From Macrostomum lignano (Eukaryota): a DNA stretch of 56,770 nt. The stretch is taken from assembly GCA_002269645.1 (NCBI GenBank), contig NIVC01004173.1, forward strand, positions 1-56,770. The letters run 5' to 3'. Shown piece after piece: positions 1 through 12,800 of the stretch (the stretch's first letter is position 1; every line of letters begins with the position of its first letter). A program made the translations under genes and the position numbers. A model generated the notes under the pieces. It had not been told where the DNA came from. It saw only the letters and a list, made by a program, of their open reading frames with translations, and ran no database searches.

Positions 1-1596
1 TCTACCAAGACCTGCTCAGGAGCTTTGCTTCGCTGTTAACTGGTGCTAGAGCGCTTTCTCGGAGATAGCTCTCAATGAGTCTAACCAGTGGCTCAAAAAG
101 GTTCTAAGGAAAAATTCAGACAAGCAGGCCTGCATTTGTTAATATAGAACGCGGAGGGTGGAGCGTTTGGCATTCTGTGCTTGACCATGGAACTGCCAGC
201 CGAAAAGTGCGGATAATGATGCACAACAGATATTGATTAAACATTGGGGGGAGAAAGTAGCTTGTACGAAGCGCCAACAGTTGCCTCAAGCCACCAGTGA
301 CAATACCATGCCAAATTTGGGCTTTGTGCGCACAAGGCTGCATGTGAGGAGGGTTCAGCTCGGGACATGGGGTCCGCGAAACCCTCATTCCTCCTGCATC
401 GAGCCTCTCCCCATGTGTCATTCTATTTTTAGACTAAGAGAGAAAAAGGGGGAAAGGGGTCCAGAGAGTGCACAGGGGAGGAGTGTGGCTAACTAGACTT
501 TGCGTACACTGAGCGGTCATACGCGGCAGGCAGGCAACAACATTACAGGCAAGCGCCAAATTTGGCGGCTTCCACTAACTAACCCTAAGGCTAGGCAAAC
601 TTCCTAATTTCCTATGTTAAAGAGTCTCATTATGATGACTCGATTGCGCCATATTGTGCAACTTCTGAGTGCTGAGGAAGGCTGCTTAGAGTGCATGGAG
701 GCAGCAGAAAATTCCTATTCCAGTACTAGCAGCAGACAGCAGTGCCTAAGATGTGACTGCGGCCCTATGCTTGCAGCAAAAGGCTGCGGCCACATCACTT
801 GAGAAGTTTTGGCCATAAACAGTCTAAGTTGACTTAATTTTGTTTCAATAGAAAGGACTTTTCTGCAAGAATTTTTGCAAGTTCTAAGATTTCTTTAAGT
901 GTTTGAATTGAAATCCTACTTGTTTTTTAATATGAATTGGTTTAAATAGGAGGTAAAATAGTATTATGGTTTATGGCTATCAATCAAATAATTTCTCTGT
1001 TTATTGGCCATACACCTTGCAGTTTCTAATGAATAGACAAAGCAGCATTCCTATATGCAATTGTCTGATTAAAGCAACATATTGAATGACAATAATAATT
1101 TTTTTTTCTAGCATACAGGCCACTTTCCTGAGTATAATTTATAGAAATATTCTACAAAGTCCTAGATAGGCTAGTCATTTGCTCATCCTCCAATGAATGA
1201 AGACATTTAAAATTAATTCCAAATATTTAGTAGTGAAATAATTTCAATGCTATAGGTTTTATTAATATGAGAAAATTAAATTTCAAATGCACATTGCTTT
1301 TTTTACTAGAATCTTTAAATTCATTTTGAAAAATAACAATGCCATTTAGAATGCAAAGTTGTCTGTTTTTTGTTAATATTGTATACTATATATTTTTAAA
1401 CATAATATTTGAAAGTTTGTTTTAGTAAGATTTTCTTAGAAACATATGCATTGTATACTATATTATTAAGCTATCTTTTTACACCACATTTAGGAGGCTA
1501 AACTTAAGGGTCTCATTTTTGTTCAGGGCAGCCAGAGCTGGTATCTCATCTCATGTAGTTTAGGTCTGGCATCATTTGTAGTTCAGATTTAGTATC

Positions 1597-1880
1597 TTGT
1601 ATGTGACTCAGACAGGCTGGTGTCTCATGGGTTCAGTGCTGGCTGGTATCTTGCAGGTCAGAGCTGGTATCTCATGGTTTCAGTCCTGGCTGGTATCTCG
1701 CACGTCAGAGCTGGCTGGTATCTCGCAGGTCAGAGCTGGTCTCATGGTTCAGTGCTGGCTGGTATCTCGCAGGTCAGAGCCGGTCTCATGGGTTCAGTGC
1801 TGGCTGGTATCTCGCAGGTCAGAGCTGGTCTGTCATGGGTTCAGTGCTGGCTGGTATCTCGCAGGTCAGAGCTGGTCTCA
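1597..1880. repeat. ~44-bp tandem minisatellite (CTCATGGTTCAGTGCTGGCTGGTATCTCGCAGGTCAGAGCTGGT), probably intronic
   Basis: Unit starts at 1741 and 1785; explains the repetitive ORFs 1597..2208, 1620..1901 and 1835..2137. Confidence 0.9.
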
Positions 1881-1920
1881 TCAGTTCGCGGCTTCTCCTA
1901 GGCCATTCGCCATCACTTAC

Positions 1921-2184
1921 TCTCCGATTGCTTCGCTCCCCGGACTGTGTCAGCAAGGCTTCAAAGCGCCCCGCCGCTACAGTGAAACGCTGGTTGATGC
2001 CGGCCTCCCAAACCGCGAATTCAACGTGTCGACGCCTGCGAGCTTCAGAAGATTCCGCTGCTCTTTTTCTAGCCTCGGCCAGTGCAGCCGCCTCTGCTGC
2101 AGCTGCAGCTTCATCCGCTTCGTCTTCTTCCAACTGATTGTTGGCAATCGTGGCATTGTCCTGCGTAGTGCCTTGGTGACTCAT
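1921..2184 (-). CDS. First coding exon of an unidentified gene (acidic/Ala-rich N-terminus, helical segment)
   Basis: TTTCAAG directly before ATG 2184; open frame MSHQGTTQDN...ERSNRR; phase-0 GTAAGT donor at 1920; downstream exons not identified. Confidence 0.55.
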
Positions 2185-2779
2185 CTTGAAATCCAGTTGA
2201 AAAGCTAGGTGGTAATATTTGGTTGGAAATTTCTGGAAGCGTCGCAGTGAATAGGCTCTTATTGTAGGGATTGCGCTTCAACCTTTTCTCCCTATCTGTC
2301 CAACTCTTGCCCCAAGCTGCTCCAGATAGATCCCCGCCACTTTGGGAGCGAGGGGAGAGGAAAGGTGGGCGTGTTGCTATGCAATAACGACTGTTTCTCC
2401 TCCCCCCACTGTTCCATTGTTCTTTCTCAACATTCCCATCTGCATCTCTCTCTCTTCTAGCCTTCCCCTCTCTATATATCCCCATCCTGTATTTCCCAGA
2501 CTAATGCTGCTTAACTGTACACAGCGGATGGACAAATTTGTTTTTCTTTCACTAAGCACTGGAGACTTGAAAATGAGGCTGGAATGGGCCAAGCCAGGTC
2601 GATTCATTTAAAAAGAAACAGCTCTGGAAAAATAGGCTGAAAGATGTTCGATAAACAGCGGAACCCATATTTGGACAAATGCTTGATTTCAAAACACACT
2701 TTAATCCATTCTGTCTATAGACTCCATATTGTCATCTGTCATGCACATACGAGCTGAATAGTTTAGTTTTGATTTATTG

Positions 2780-3096
2780 CAGGGGTCGGCAAACTTTTTT
2801 ACCCTAAAGGGCCAGATAGAAAACCTATAGCGCTTAACTGCGGGCCGCAATAGGGAGAGGAGAGATAATAGAAAAGAGAGATGGTGGAAAGAAGAGGCAA
2901 GGGAATAAAGGAGAAGAGAGGAAAGACGAAATAGAAGAGAGAGAAGAAAAGTGAGAGGAGAGAGGAGGAAGAAGAGGCGAGACTGGAGAAATGAGAGGAG
3001 AGAAGGGAGAGGAGAGACAAACCCTGAGCAGGCCGGATTGCTATTGTGAAGTTTCAAAGGACCCGAGAACCGGATGTGGCCCGCGTGCCGGAGTCT
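2780..3096 (+). mobile_element. hAT-like non-autonomous element with internal GA-rich microsatellite
   Basis: Starts CAGGGGTCGGCAAAC; first ~70 bp match the reverse complement of ~11940-12005; right end degenerate. Confidence 0.6.
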
Positions 3097-3416
3097 GAGT
3101 TATTGCAAAGCAGCCCAGTGATTAACGCGCACCTGACTCACGCGCTACAGTCCCCAGGTTTGAGTCCTTACGCGGCCGCATTAACTCGGGGCTTGTGCAC
3201 GAAAATTGGCCCCGGGAGCTTTCTAATGATGTTTAGAAATTCAGGGCGTGTGCTTGTTCTGTGGGGGGGGGGCACAACTGATGGGCTGCGAGTCGACTGT
3301 CGCCTTGTACGAGTATTTACGTAGCACTAATTAGAAACTGTAAGAAACTGAAACCTTACAAGCTTCGCGCATCAAAACAAATACTCGTTGCTGCCAAAGC
3401 CAGTTAGCCGGCACTG

Positions 3417-3608
3417 ATGGAGCCGGGCCAGACTCCCAAACCGGGCGTTGTTCCGCCGCCGAAACTGCACGCAGTTGTCTACATCTGCGGCGACTGTCAT
3501 AAGGAAAGCGAAATCAAAGCCAAGGAGGTGATCCGCTGTCGGGAGTGCGGCCATCGGATTATGTATAAGAAGCGCACGTCCCGAATGATTGTGTTTGACG
3601 CGCGTTGA
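3417..3608 (+). CDS. POLR2K: RNA polymerase I/II/III shared subunit RPABC4 (RPB12), no intron in the CDS
   Basis: YICGDC...[25 protein letters not shown] is the RPB12 zinc ribbon and C-terminus; AATAAA at ~3725 and ~3775. Confidence 0.97.
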   Translation: MEPGQTPKPGVVPPPKLHAVVYICGDCHKESEIKAKEVIRCRECGHRIMYKKRTSRMIVFDAR

Positions 3609-4214
3609 ATAACTAAGAAAATCATTTTGCTTGCTTAGTTTACTGTTCTGTGCACTTGCATTTGATTTGTTGTCTAAATAATGGTTTGTATTTTAGGTAA
3701 TACCGCTGAAAACTGTTTGAATGTAATAAATTTATTTGGCTATGTTTGGTTTCAATTTTTATTATTAAAATGAAAATAAAAGTTCCGCTTTACTTGCTGT
3801 TTCTGTGGTTACTGTACTGTTACCATGGCTCAGTGTCTTGCACGACTGGATATAATTAGTATTCGTGTGATGTTTTGTTTTCGAAATTCATTTTGGAGTT
3901 GCTTATTGGAAATCATTCAGTCAAAAAATATCTAAAAACTAAATCTGATCTGGATGGTTCGCAATTTTACCATAATTTGTACCGTTATGTACATTGATAT
4001 TTCAAAGCGGGTTAACTTTAACAAGATCAATAATCCAACATTATTTTATTAGTTCACTAAATGTACGTGAATTACAGTACAGTTCAACAACTACAAAGTT
4101 TCTGAGTTAGATGTAAGCAACAGAACAGTTTTTTACTATCGGTTATGATACTACGAGATGATACTCGTACATGTAGAACAAGTGTTCGAAATATCTGTAC
4201 GCACATGTATAAAC

Positions 4215-5531
4215 CAAGGACCACTAGAAGTTACCGTTGTATCAGGACGCAACCCTCGTAAATATTGCAAAATTATTTGAAGGCCCGCTTGTTTGCATTG
4301 CAGCTGAACTTTAAATGCTCATAACTCCCTAAACTCCGGACTGGTTGCACTTAAAAAGATATTTTTTTCGCCAGGTTGCTCAAAATTTTGTTTTCTTTAA
4401 TATGATGCAAAGTTTGGCGCTATATATCTACATGTAGGAGCGGCGGGCGTACAGTAAAGTAACGGCAATACACAATATTTCATTGCATTCAAAATGAATA
4501 AAGTTTCAGTTACTTCAATTATTGCCTCCTAGTCTCGATAAAGTAGCAGACCATACTTTATATCCCCCAGTTTGGAAGCTTTATAAAGCAGATAATCTGT
4601 ACAGAGTTGAGTAGGCTGCAAAGGCATTATACACTTCACTATCAAAAACCAGTATAATCAAAATCAGGAAGGCATAATATTTCCGAAATCTTGGTATGAG
4701 CTGCATAAAATGCAGTCATATTTGCGAAGGACGGCTGCACCTAAAACTTGCTGCGTAATTTGCATTTTGTTCTGTGTAGCCTATAAGAGTTTACGTTCCC
4801 ACGCGCCTGTTCTGCAGTGTTTAAAATAAAAGGAGAGACAGTGGAGGCGCTCACTTCACTTTTCTCTCGCCCGCATCTGCGGGCCTAAAGGCATGGCCAT
4901 TGCCTCGGCTGGGCTGTAGGCCGCAGCAGCCTGGGCCCAGAAAACCGTGCTTCGAGTTCAATTCTTTGTTATCCGACGTGAGCAGAAGGTGCAGGCAGGA
5001 TGGACACAAAATCCTACCTGTTACACTTGGTACACCTGCCCAACAAGGACTCCAACATTCAAATGACAACTGCCATGACAGCAAAAAAGCTAAGGCTAGG
5101 CCTATAAGTTAGTAAAATAATATACTTGTTAAACTACTTTTTTGTTGATAGTTAATTAGTTAGAAGCCCATCTGATCCTTTTCTCAAGCTTTGTCGAATT
5201 AGTAGTTCTAGCACTTAGCAGTATATGTCAACTGTCTGCATAAAACCTTGGCTTAGGAAATTCTAAAACGAGTTTCATATAGTGATATAATTACTTTAAA
5301 ATTAATTTGCATCTAGATTTAATAGATTAAAGCCTAAATAAAGTATAAATACACCTATTTATGGAGCTTCTGAGGCTCAAATGTAGTGCATGTTTCTTTA
5401 AAACAGTCAAGTAGAATACTTTTTTGAAGGCAAGTACCGATAAATACACGTAAACAAGCGGGCCTTCAAATAATTTTGCTATATTTACGAGTGTTGCGTC
5501 CTGATACAACGGTAACTTCTAGTGGTCCTTG
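4215..5531. mobile_element. Non-autonomous TIR DNA transposon (P- or hAT-like), 80-bp TIRs, 8-bp TSD
   Basis: 4215-4294 is the inverted copy of 5452-5531 (2 mismatches by eye), starting CAAGGACCACTAG; GTATAAAC at 4207-4214 and 5532-5539; no transposase ORF. Confidence 0.85.
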
Positions 5532-6810
5532 GTATAAACATGCATTATAAAAATAATTCGGAGTGAATTAATATAAAAACACGCACTATACGAGCTTTTG
5601 CTTTGCAGTTTATTCAAGATGGGGAATTTCCATTGCCTAATCGACTGACTGTATTAAGTAAGTATGATTTATTTGTCCTTGGTGAATACGTAATTACACC
5701 TCAAGATTACAATAAGATTAATTTGTTTAAGTATAAAGTAAACAAGCAGCTTGTTTTACATGTTAAAAAACACGTCTATTGCTGAATTTAAACTTTTTAC
5801 TATTAAATTTGTTATAGCTTTATATTGCTAGATACGCTTCAGATATTTAACTTTTCTAAAAATATCGAATTCGCATTTGCCATGCAATTATGCATCTACA
5901 TGACATGATTAGATCTAGGTTAGTAGGTTTATTGCATACTCAACAGTTTACCAATCTAACAGATTTTGTCTGAGACAGTCAGTATTAGAATTAATTAATA
6001 AATGCATTTTACTACGTTTCTATATCATTCTAGGATAATGTGCCTTTCGTCCGAGTATAAAAATGTATTAATAGCAATATTGTCGCGCTGATTTTACCAG
6101 TTGTTATGTTCCTGCTTCTAGGCTTTAGAAATTGTTTCTTGAGCGGCTGTTTCAATGGCTTCCTAATTGTCATTCTTAATTAATATAATCAGCATATCTA
6201 TTTGAAAACCTGTTTTTAGCAATTTTTTAAAATACATACATATTTTTTTACTTTTTCTGGATGCACTTACTATGGTGGTACTTGCATATTTAGAAATTAA
6301 AACAGTTTGTATTGCAGTATTATTTTATGTTAAACCGAATTTTAAAATGAACATATCTAAAAAATATTTAATATCTAATCACCTTTATTTTAGAAGGCAT
6401 AAATACAATGGATGATGTACATTGTCCATATAAACTTGTCCAAATCATCAAAAGGTTTATGATTTCCAGACAATTGTTTTTATTGTTTCTATTGAGTATT
6501 GTTAATATGAATTCCAAGTAGATAATTTAGTTTGAGGAATCTGTACCTTAAATTTATTTTAAGCTAGTTAAGACGTCCATTACCAAACCTGTAAGACCAA
6601 GTTAATATGGTTCATTGAATTAATTTATTCAGCCATTCTGCCAGAAACGAAAAAGCTAACCTTTAATTAAGCTTGCTGATCTATTAGTAATAAACTGGAT
6701 TGATTCCTCAATTTGTTTTTTTAACAAAATATTATGTTTCTAGTCATTTGAATTTCATTCTTTATACAACAAATAGCCGACAAAAATACATGCATGATCC
6801 CCAACCAACA

Positions 6811-9800
6811 ATGGGAAAGAAGAAAAAGGGAGGCGGCAAGAAGTCTAAGAAGTCTTCGCGCGCCCAATCTGGCGCCACTGGACAGGCTGGCGCGGGCGCC
6901 AAATTGGCGCCAGCATTGCCAGACAAGCGCGAACAGGAGGCCAAACTGCGCCAATTGAAGGATCTCCAACGTCGAGTAAGCGGACTTCAGAGACGCTGCG
7001 ACGAGTTGGAACTGTTGAACGACCAATTGAAGAGCAAGCGGGTGACGGTGTCGGGCGACATGGAGGAGATCACAGAGTACCTGCGCGACCGGGTGAGCGA
7101 GAAGACGAACACCTGCGCCGAGCTGCAGGAGGAGCTGCGCGCGCTTCAAGAGGCCTACGAGAAGGATCAGAAATCCTACGAGGAGAGAATGGAGAAGCAG
7201 AAGAAAGAATTTCGGGACACGAAGGAGCAGCTGGAGCAGGACGGGTTCACGCTGCGTGAGTTGAATTGAACGAAATTAAATTAACTTCAGTTACATGCGT
7301 TGTAGCGCTCTCCATCTTTTGGCGCCCTCTTGAATTAAATTCATTTCGCGCCCTCGTGAAATTCAATTTTAGCGCCCTCGTGAAATTCATTTCGGCGCCC
7401 TCTTGAAATTCATTTTGGCGCCGTCCCTACACTTATTCAATATTTCGTCGCCCTCTTGACATTCATTGTGACTTCCTTATAAGAATCATTTTGACGCCTT
7501 CTCGACACCCAATTTGGCGCCTTCCCGACACTCATTTTGGCGCCACATCCACTAAGTTTGGCTACCATTCACATGCAAGTTACAAAAGTATCTGTGAATT
7601 GTTAACAGCTTGCTGTACGCCGATCCCAACCGCAGAGAGCAAGCTGACCACCCTGGACGAGTACCGGATCCAGAAGGAGGAGATGCACGAGAAGTTCCAA
7701 GAAATGGACGAGAAAATGAAGCGCCAGGAGGAGATTCACAAGGAGGAGATCTACCTACTGGAGAGGGAGACAGTAGTGCAGAAAGACTCTCTGCGCAAGG
7801 AGATGGTCGAGAAAGTGAACGATGTGGCCAGCGAATTCCGCAAGGTGTCCAACAGGCAGATGGCAGAGACGACCCGGAAGACGATCGAAGAGAACGCGGC
7901 GCTCAACAGGCAGCTGGGCTCGCTCAGCGAGAAAATCACCGGCCTGATTGAGGAGAACGACAAAGTCAAGGCCAAGGAGAAGGAGCAGCAGCGGGAGATC
8001 GAGGTGCTGGAGTCCATCGAGAAGGAGATGCTGGCCAAGACTGCCAACTCGTTGAAGGTAAACTCGATCGCCTTCCAGAGTCACGGACGGACAAGAAATT
8101 AATTTGGGTTTTACAATTACTTGTGTGCTTTACTGATTCAATAAGAAGCCTATGCTCAAGTACTAGCGGAGGTTAACTAAGCTTTCCGCATAATATCTAT
8201 AAATTTGAAGGTCATTTGGCTCTCACTGGAAGTCAAATTTTCACTGACAGTCAATTGTCATTGACAGTCAAATTGGTCACTGACAGTCAAATTGGTCATT
8301 GACAGTCAAATTGGTCACTGTTAGTCAAATTGGTCACTGTTAGTCAAATTGGTCACTGTTAGTCAAATTGGTCACTGTTAGTCAAATTGGTCACTGACAG
8401 TCAAATTGGTCACTGTTAGTCAAATTGGTCACTGTTAGTCAAATTGGTCACTGATAGTCAAATTGGTCACTGATAGTCAAATTGGTCACTGACAGTCAGC
8501 TGTGTTTAAGATCAGTCTTTGAAAGGCAGAAAAGCATTACAACTCTGTCGAATACTTCAAAGTTATACAGTCGATTCGGTGTTTCCCATAATTATTAACA
8601 GCAGAGTTTGGGAGAACTTTTGCTTTAAAAATGCAACAGAAAGGATGCTAAAAAGGTGGCTAGCATTGTATAAACATAAAACTACAAGCCAGAATGGTTC
8701 AGAAGAAAATATTCGCACCAGATAAAACCTTTAGCTCGTAAACTAGTTAATTGGAATAGCTCGGCTTCAAAGCGGCCAGCAGGTCCCGATCAGCCGAGCC
8801 GAGCTCCTGCTGGCTAAAGTTGAACAGCTCCAGTTTGTCGCTAGGAAGCCGCTGTCTGAGCTCGTCAAAGAACGGGTGCGCCAGAGCTCGCAGCGGTGCC
8901 AACCGGCTGCCAGGCTGGTAGGCGAGCAGGCGGCACAGCAGGTCCAGCAACTCGGGCGGTGTACCAATCGGGAAGCTCAACTGCGGGTCAGGGGCCACCT
9001 GTGGCAGCGGGAACTTCTCATATACTGGATTCATAGCCAGCAGGTCGCGCTTGGTTGGCGTGCCCAGCACCCGGATGATGGCCACCAGCTGGTCCAGCGA
9101 GTTGTTAGCCATGAACAGGCAGTGGCCGATGCACAGCTCGGCAAGCACGCAGCCGACTGACCACAGGTCGATGGCACAGCTGTAATTAGTAGAGCCGAAC
9201 AGCAGCTCGGGAGCTCGGTAGTACCTAGAGCTGATGTACGCCACTCCGGCTGCGGCGGCCGCGTTGGCGCCGCTGCCTTCGGCAAGTTCGCCGGGCAGCG
9301 GCAGCTCCTTGGCCGAGCCGAAGTCGCACAGGCGCAGGCGGCAGTCGGATTCGTCAACGAGAACGTTCGGGCTCTTGATGTCCCTTGGGAAGGAAAGTAA
9401 TCCGGTTCCAAGACACTATAATGCTGCAGTCACGTGTTAGGCCTTGTTTTTAAGGCCTAACGCCAGCCCCACATGTCCCCTTTTTTTTCTGGGCCAGCTT
9501 CCCAGATCCTCAGTTGCTGGGCCAGCCTCCCAGATTCCCAGTTGCTGGCCCTGCCTCACAGGTCCTCAGTTGCTGGGCCAGCATCCCAGATCTCCAGTTG
9601 CTGGGCCAGCCGGCCAGATCCCCAGTTGCTGGGCCAGCATCCCAGATCCCCAGTTGCTGGGCCAGCCTCCCAGATCCTCAGTTGCTGGGCCAGCCTCCAA
9701 GATCCCCATTTGCTGGGCCAGCATCCCAGATCCCCAGTTGCTGGGCCAGCCTCCCAGATCCTCAGTTGCTGGGCCAGCCTCCAAGATCCCCAGTTGCTGG

Positions 9801-12800
9801 GCCAGCCTCCAAGATCCCCAGTTGCTGGGCCGGCCGGCCAGATACCAGTTGCTGGGCCTGCCTCTCAGGTCCTTAGTTGCTGGGCCAGCCTCCCAGACTC
9901 CCAGTTTCTAAGTCTGACGCTGTTCCAGATGGTCATAGCTGCTCCGTCATCAGCCGCTCACCTGTGGCAGATGCGATGCGAATGCATATAATTGATAGCT
10001 CGCAGAAGCTGGTAGGCAAAGATTCGCACTTTGAGCATGGAAGGCAAAGTCTCAGCTTTCCTGTATCTTGCCAGCAAGTCTAACAGACTCTCCGGGAAGA
10101 GCTCAGTAACCAGGTGCAAATAGAGCTTCGGGCTCTTGATGTCCCTTGGGAAGGAAAGTAATCCGGTTCCAAGACACTATAATGCTGCAGTCACGTGTTA
10201 GGCCTTGTTTTTAAGGCCTAACGCCAGCCCCACATGTCCCCATTTTTTTCTGGGCCAGCTTCCCAGATCCTCAGTTGCTGGGCCAGCCTCCCAGATTCCC
10301 AGTTGCTGGGCCTGCCTCACAGGTCCTCAGTTGCTGGGCCAGCATCCCAGATCTCCAGTTGCTGGGCCAGCCGGCCAGATCCCCAGTTGCTGGGCCAGCA
10401 TCCCAGATCCGGCCAGATACCAGTTGCTGGGCCTGCCTCTCAGGTCCTTAGTTGCTGGGCCAGCCTCCCAGACTCCCAGTTTCTAAGTCTGACGCTGTTC
10501 CAGATGGTCATAGCTGCTCCGTCATCAGCCGCTCACCTGTGGCAGATGCGATGCGAATGCATATAATTGATAGCTCGCAGAAGCTGGTAGGCAAAGATTC
10601 GCACTTTGAGCATGGAAGGCAAAGTCTCAGCTTTCCTGTATCTTGCCAGCAAGTCTAACAGACTCTCCGGGAAGAGCTCAGTAACCAGGTGCAAATAGAG
10701 CTTGCCCGGGTCCATCTTGCCCCGGCAGTAGTAGTGGTAGCGCAGTCGCACCAGATTCTCGTGCTCACCAAGTGCGTACAGAGTGCGCAGTTCCCGATTT
10801 TTGTAGCGCGGATCCTGCAGCACCCGCTTGAGAGCCACCGACTCGCCTGACTCGGACAGGCGGCCTCGGTACACGGAGCCGAACGTGCCGGATGCGATTG
10901 GCCCCTTGATGAATGAAGTTTAGAGCGCCTGCGCTATATGGTGATGCAGTTACTCGTAATACCAGGCGCCAAACGATCGTATTCCATTTTATTTTATTTT
11001 ATCCAATTCAAATTGGCGCCAAACACTGGGACTGCTAAATTGTCGTTTATAGTATTCCGAAAACAGCTTTAAAAACAAACACAATTAATAAAATATTTAG
11101 CTGTGTTAACTGCTTAACGATTGTTTATTTAACAATACCGTTTTGGCGCCAAATTTGAACTAGATTGAATTTTAACGAACGCCAAAACGAGAAAAATTCC
11201 ATTTTTTAGAAAGTACAGAAGAAAATTGAGTCTCTAGTTAACAGGGGTCAGCAAACTCCGGCCCGCTCAGTGCTTATATCTCTTCTCAGCGCTCTTCTAT
11301 CTAATCTCCTCTCTCCTCTCCTCTCCTCTACTCTACTCTTTCCTTTCTCCTCTCCTCTTCTCTCCTCTTCTCTACTCTACTCTACTCTCTCCCCTCTACT
11401 CTCCCCTCTCCTCTCCCCTCTCCTCTCCTCTCCTCTTCTCTCCTCTCCTCTTCTCTACTCTCCTCTTCTCTACTCTACTCTCTCCCCTCTACTCTCCCTC
11501 TCCTCTCCCCTCTCCTCTCCTCTCCTCTTCTCTCCTCTCCTCTTCTCTACTCTACTCTCTCCCCTCTCCTCTCCCCTCTCCTCTCCCCTCTCCTCTCTCC
11601 TCTCCTCTCCTCTTCTCTCTTATCCTCTTCTCTCCTCTCCTCTTCTCTACTCTACTTTACTCTCTCCCTCTCCTCTCCTCCCTGCTCCTCTCCTCTACTC
11701 TACTCTCTCCCCTCTCTCCTCTCCTCTCCTCTACTTTACTCTCTCCCTTCTCCTCTCCCTTCTCCTCTCCTCTCCTCTCCTCTCCTCTCCTCTCCTCTCC
11801 TCTCCTCTCTCCTCTTCTCTCCTCTCCCAATTCATCTCTTCTTGTTCTTTCCTCTCGTCTTCTCTTTTCTCGTTAATTCCCTCGCTTCAAGCCTCTTTCT
11901 CCCTATCTCCCCCTTCTTTATTCCCTCCTCTTCCCTCCTCCGGTCCGCAGTTATGACCTAGGTTCTCTATCTGGCCCTTGTGGTAAAAACGTTGGCCAAC
12001 CTCCGCTCTAGTATTTCATGTCGTTATTCGGGCAGTTTTACGCATTGTAAATGCACAACTCGACTCAATGCGAAATCGTACACTACTCGTACATGCAAGT
12101 CGCTTACCGTAGACACAGTCAGTTCAATTTGTCTATAAGACTGTCTCTGGATCGGATCAAAAGCCGGACAAGCCATGACGGAAACTTGCAACTGTTTTTT
12201 TTGTCGGCTGTGCGACGAGCGCGTCTTCTCGCCGTCGAATTGGTCGTCATAGCTGATTAAGGACATTTCTTGCTTCTTGTTTGCGAGTCCCAAGTCTTGG
12301 TTCAACAAAAAAGTGCCTATTTAACTTCGATTTGGTTCAGCAGGCGTTCTATTGAAGCCAATTGTTGGGTCCTGGCGTAGAATTTTATAACTTTGGGGTG
12401 GTTGGGTTTGGGGGGTTTGTTTTGGGTTTTATGACCCCCCTTCCTCAAACACCCATTTATAGTGAATGTACAATGCAATGTACATTTAGAAATAGCTTCT
12501 TAGTACATCTCGTCTAACAAGTTTTTCTGTACAGTTTTCACGTTGATTGATTGTAAATTTCTTTGTAATTAATTATCTGCAATACCTCACCAGAGCAGAG
12601 CTTGCTGCCTAGTCAGTTTTACATCAATTTTGAAAACCCCCTCTGAGTCTGTCATTGGAATACAGACTGCTACAAACTATACATGTACAATAGTTTAACT
12701 GAAGTGAACTGAAGTTTTTTTTAAGTGCCACTTGGTCTGGTTTTTCACTGGACAGACAATACGAGCGTTGTAATGCGATGTAAAAGATGGTTATTTTGGT

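Noticed and set aside
1-840. Short ORFs 116..421, 233..496 and 614..802
   Set aside because: No recognisable motif, and I could not join them in frame to the 1921-2184 exon
11002-11162. 17-bp inverted repeat upstream of the kinase ATG
   Set aside because: Too short, and GGCGCC-rich motifs are common across the window
11270-11956. 228-aa Leu/Ser/Pro ORF
   Set aside because: Translation of a CT microsatellite
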